DNA of 20,000 nt. It comes from Coniocarpon cinnabarinum (Eukaryota). Within the stretch, counting starts at the first letter, position 1, and each line of letters starts with the position of its first letter. Where the stretch lies: NCBI GenBank assembly GCA_051942205.1, contig JAVECO010000042.1, positions 116,288 through 136,287 on the forward strand. Direction: 5' to 3'. The notes under the pieces are model-generated. The model saw only the letters and a list, made by a program, of their open reading frames with translations, did no database searches and had not been told where the DNA came from. Position numbers and translations under genes: made by a program. This document shows positions 19,169-20,000 of this stretch, in pieces.

Positions 19169-20000
19169 CGTTATTATAGCTAAAATAGTACTAAAATAAT
19201 AATTAAAGATGCTATACTCTAACTTAACTCTTTCTTTATAGAGAAGAAAGGCCTAGAATAGATTAAGGTACTACTTAATAGAATACTAGTTATAATTCTT
19301 ATTAATTTAGAAGTAGTAGTAAATTTTATTAACTACTAAATAGTCTTATATATTAAAGAAAAATTATATAAGATACTAGTCTATTTGCTAGGTATTAGCA
19401 ATAGATCTAAAGATATATTTTAGAAAGAATAAGTTATATATAAAGTTAGAACTATTATAAGAATAAAAAGATTTATAAAAAAAAATTATATTTAATATTA
19501 CTAGTCTTAAGAAAAAATAAATAATATTAGAAATACTATTCCTTAACTAGTTTTTTCTAGATTAAAGAGGTATACTAATAAATTTTACTATTTAAGATAT
19601 ATAATTAATATATAAAGTAATAAATATAAAACTAGATTATAAACTAATATTATTTAATATATTTAATATTAATAATACTAGTATATAAGATAAAGCTTAC
19701 TTATATAATAATATATAGCTATATAAAATATATAGAAAGATTAAAAAAATAGACTATCTAGGCTAAAGAGAAGATTTATAATAAAAGTAAAGTAATACTC
19801 TTAACTATTAGCTTACCTAGAGTTTATAAAAGATTTAAGAGAATTTTTTAAAAAAAAGTATAAAATAATTTAATAGAATACACTAATTAAGATTATAGTA
19901 TTAAGTTTCTACTAGAAACTAAGCCTAAAGGTATATAACTTTACTCTATAAATCTAGCTTATAAAAAAGAATACTAGAATTATATTAATAAATTACTTAA
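19169..20000. mobile_element. Heavily RIP-mutated transposon internal sequence (probably retrotransposon interior)
   Basis: Extremely AT-rich, TpA-saturated, almost no CA/TG, no ORFs; directly follows the outer LTR, which has no TSD match in the window. Confidence 0.6.

Noticed and set aside
17781..20000. Mitochondrial insert, telomere or contaminant as the source of the AT-rich DNA
   Set aside because: Specific CA/TG loss with TA gain, LTR termini and a TSD indicate RIP'd transposons; no TTAGGG array or organellar genes.

Overview
Filamentous ascomycete (Pezizomycotina) nuclear DNA in three zones. (1) 1-8.4 kb, conserved core: a RID/Masc1-family C5 DNA methyltransferase with atypical catalytic motifs (minus strand), 2-methylcitrate dehydratase (prpD, 2 introns) and methylcitrate synthase (mcsA, 1 intron), each of the latter two preceded by a CCTCGG/CCGAGG FarA/FarB-type site, then an intronless tRNA-Lys(UUU). 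(2) 8.4-17.7 kb, accessory or decaying zone: a frameshifted pseudogene, a Q-rich orphan ORF interrupted by one in-frame UAG, a possible gene remnant, a secreted cyanovirin-N-like (CVNH) gene whose canonical splicing yields an in-frame UAG where Trp would fit, and an intact HET-domain gene. (3) 17.76-20 kb, a heavily RIP-mutated AT-rich transposon block: a probable LINE tail and a solo LTR nested, with a 5-bp TSD, inside a related LTR. The most interesting signal is the pair of otherwise intact genes each broken by a single UAG-C (stop-codon editing or readthrough versus RIP leakage), in a window holding both the RIP enzyme gene and a RIP'd block. All gene models are from manual reading; no searches were run.
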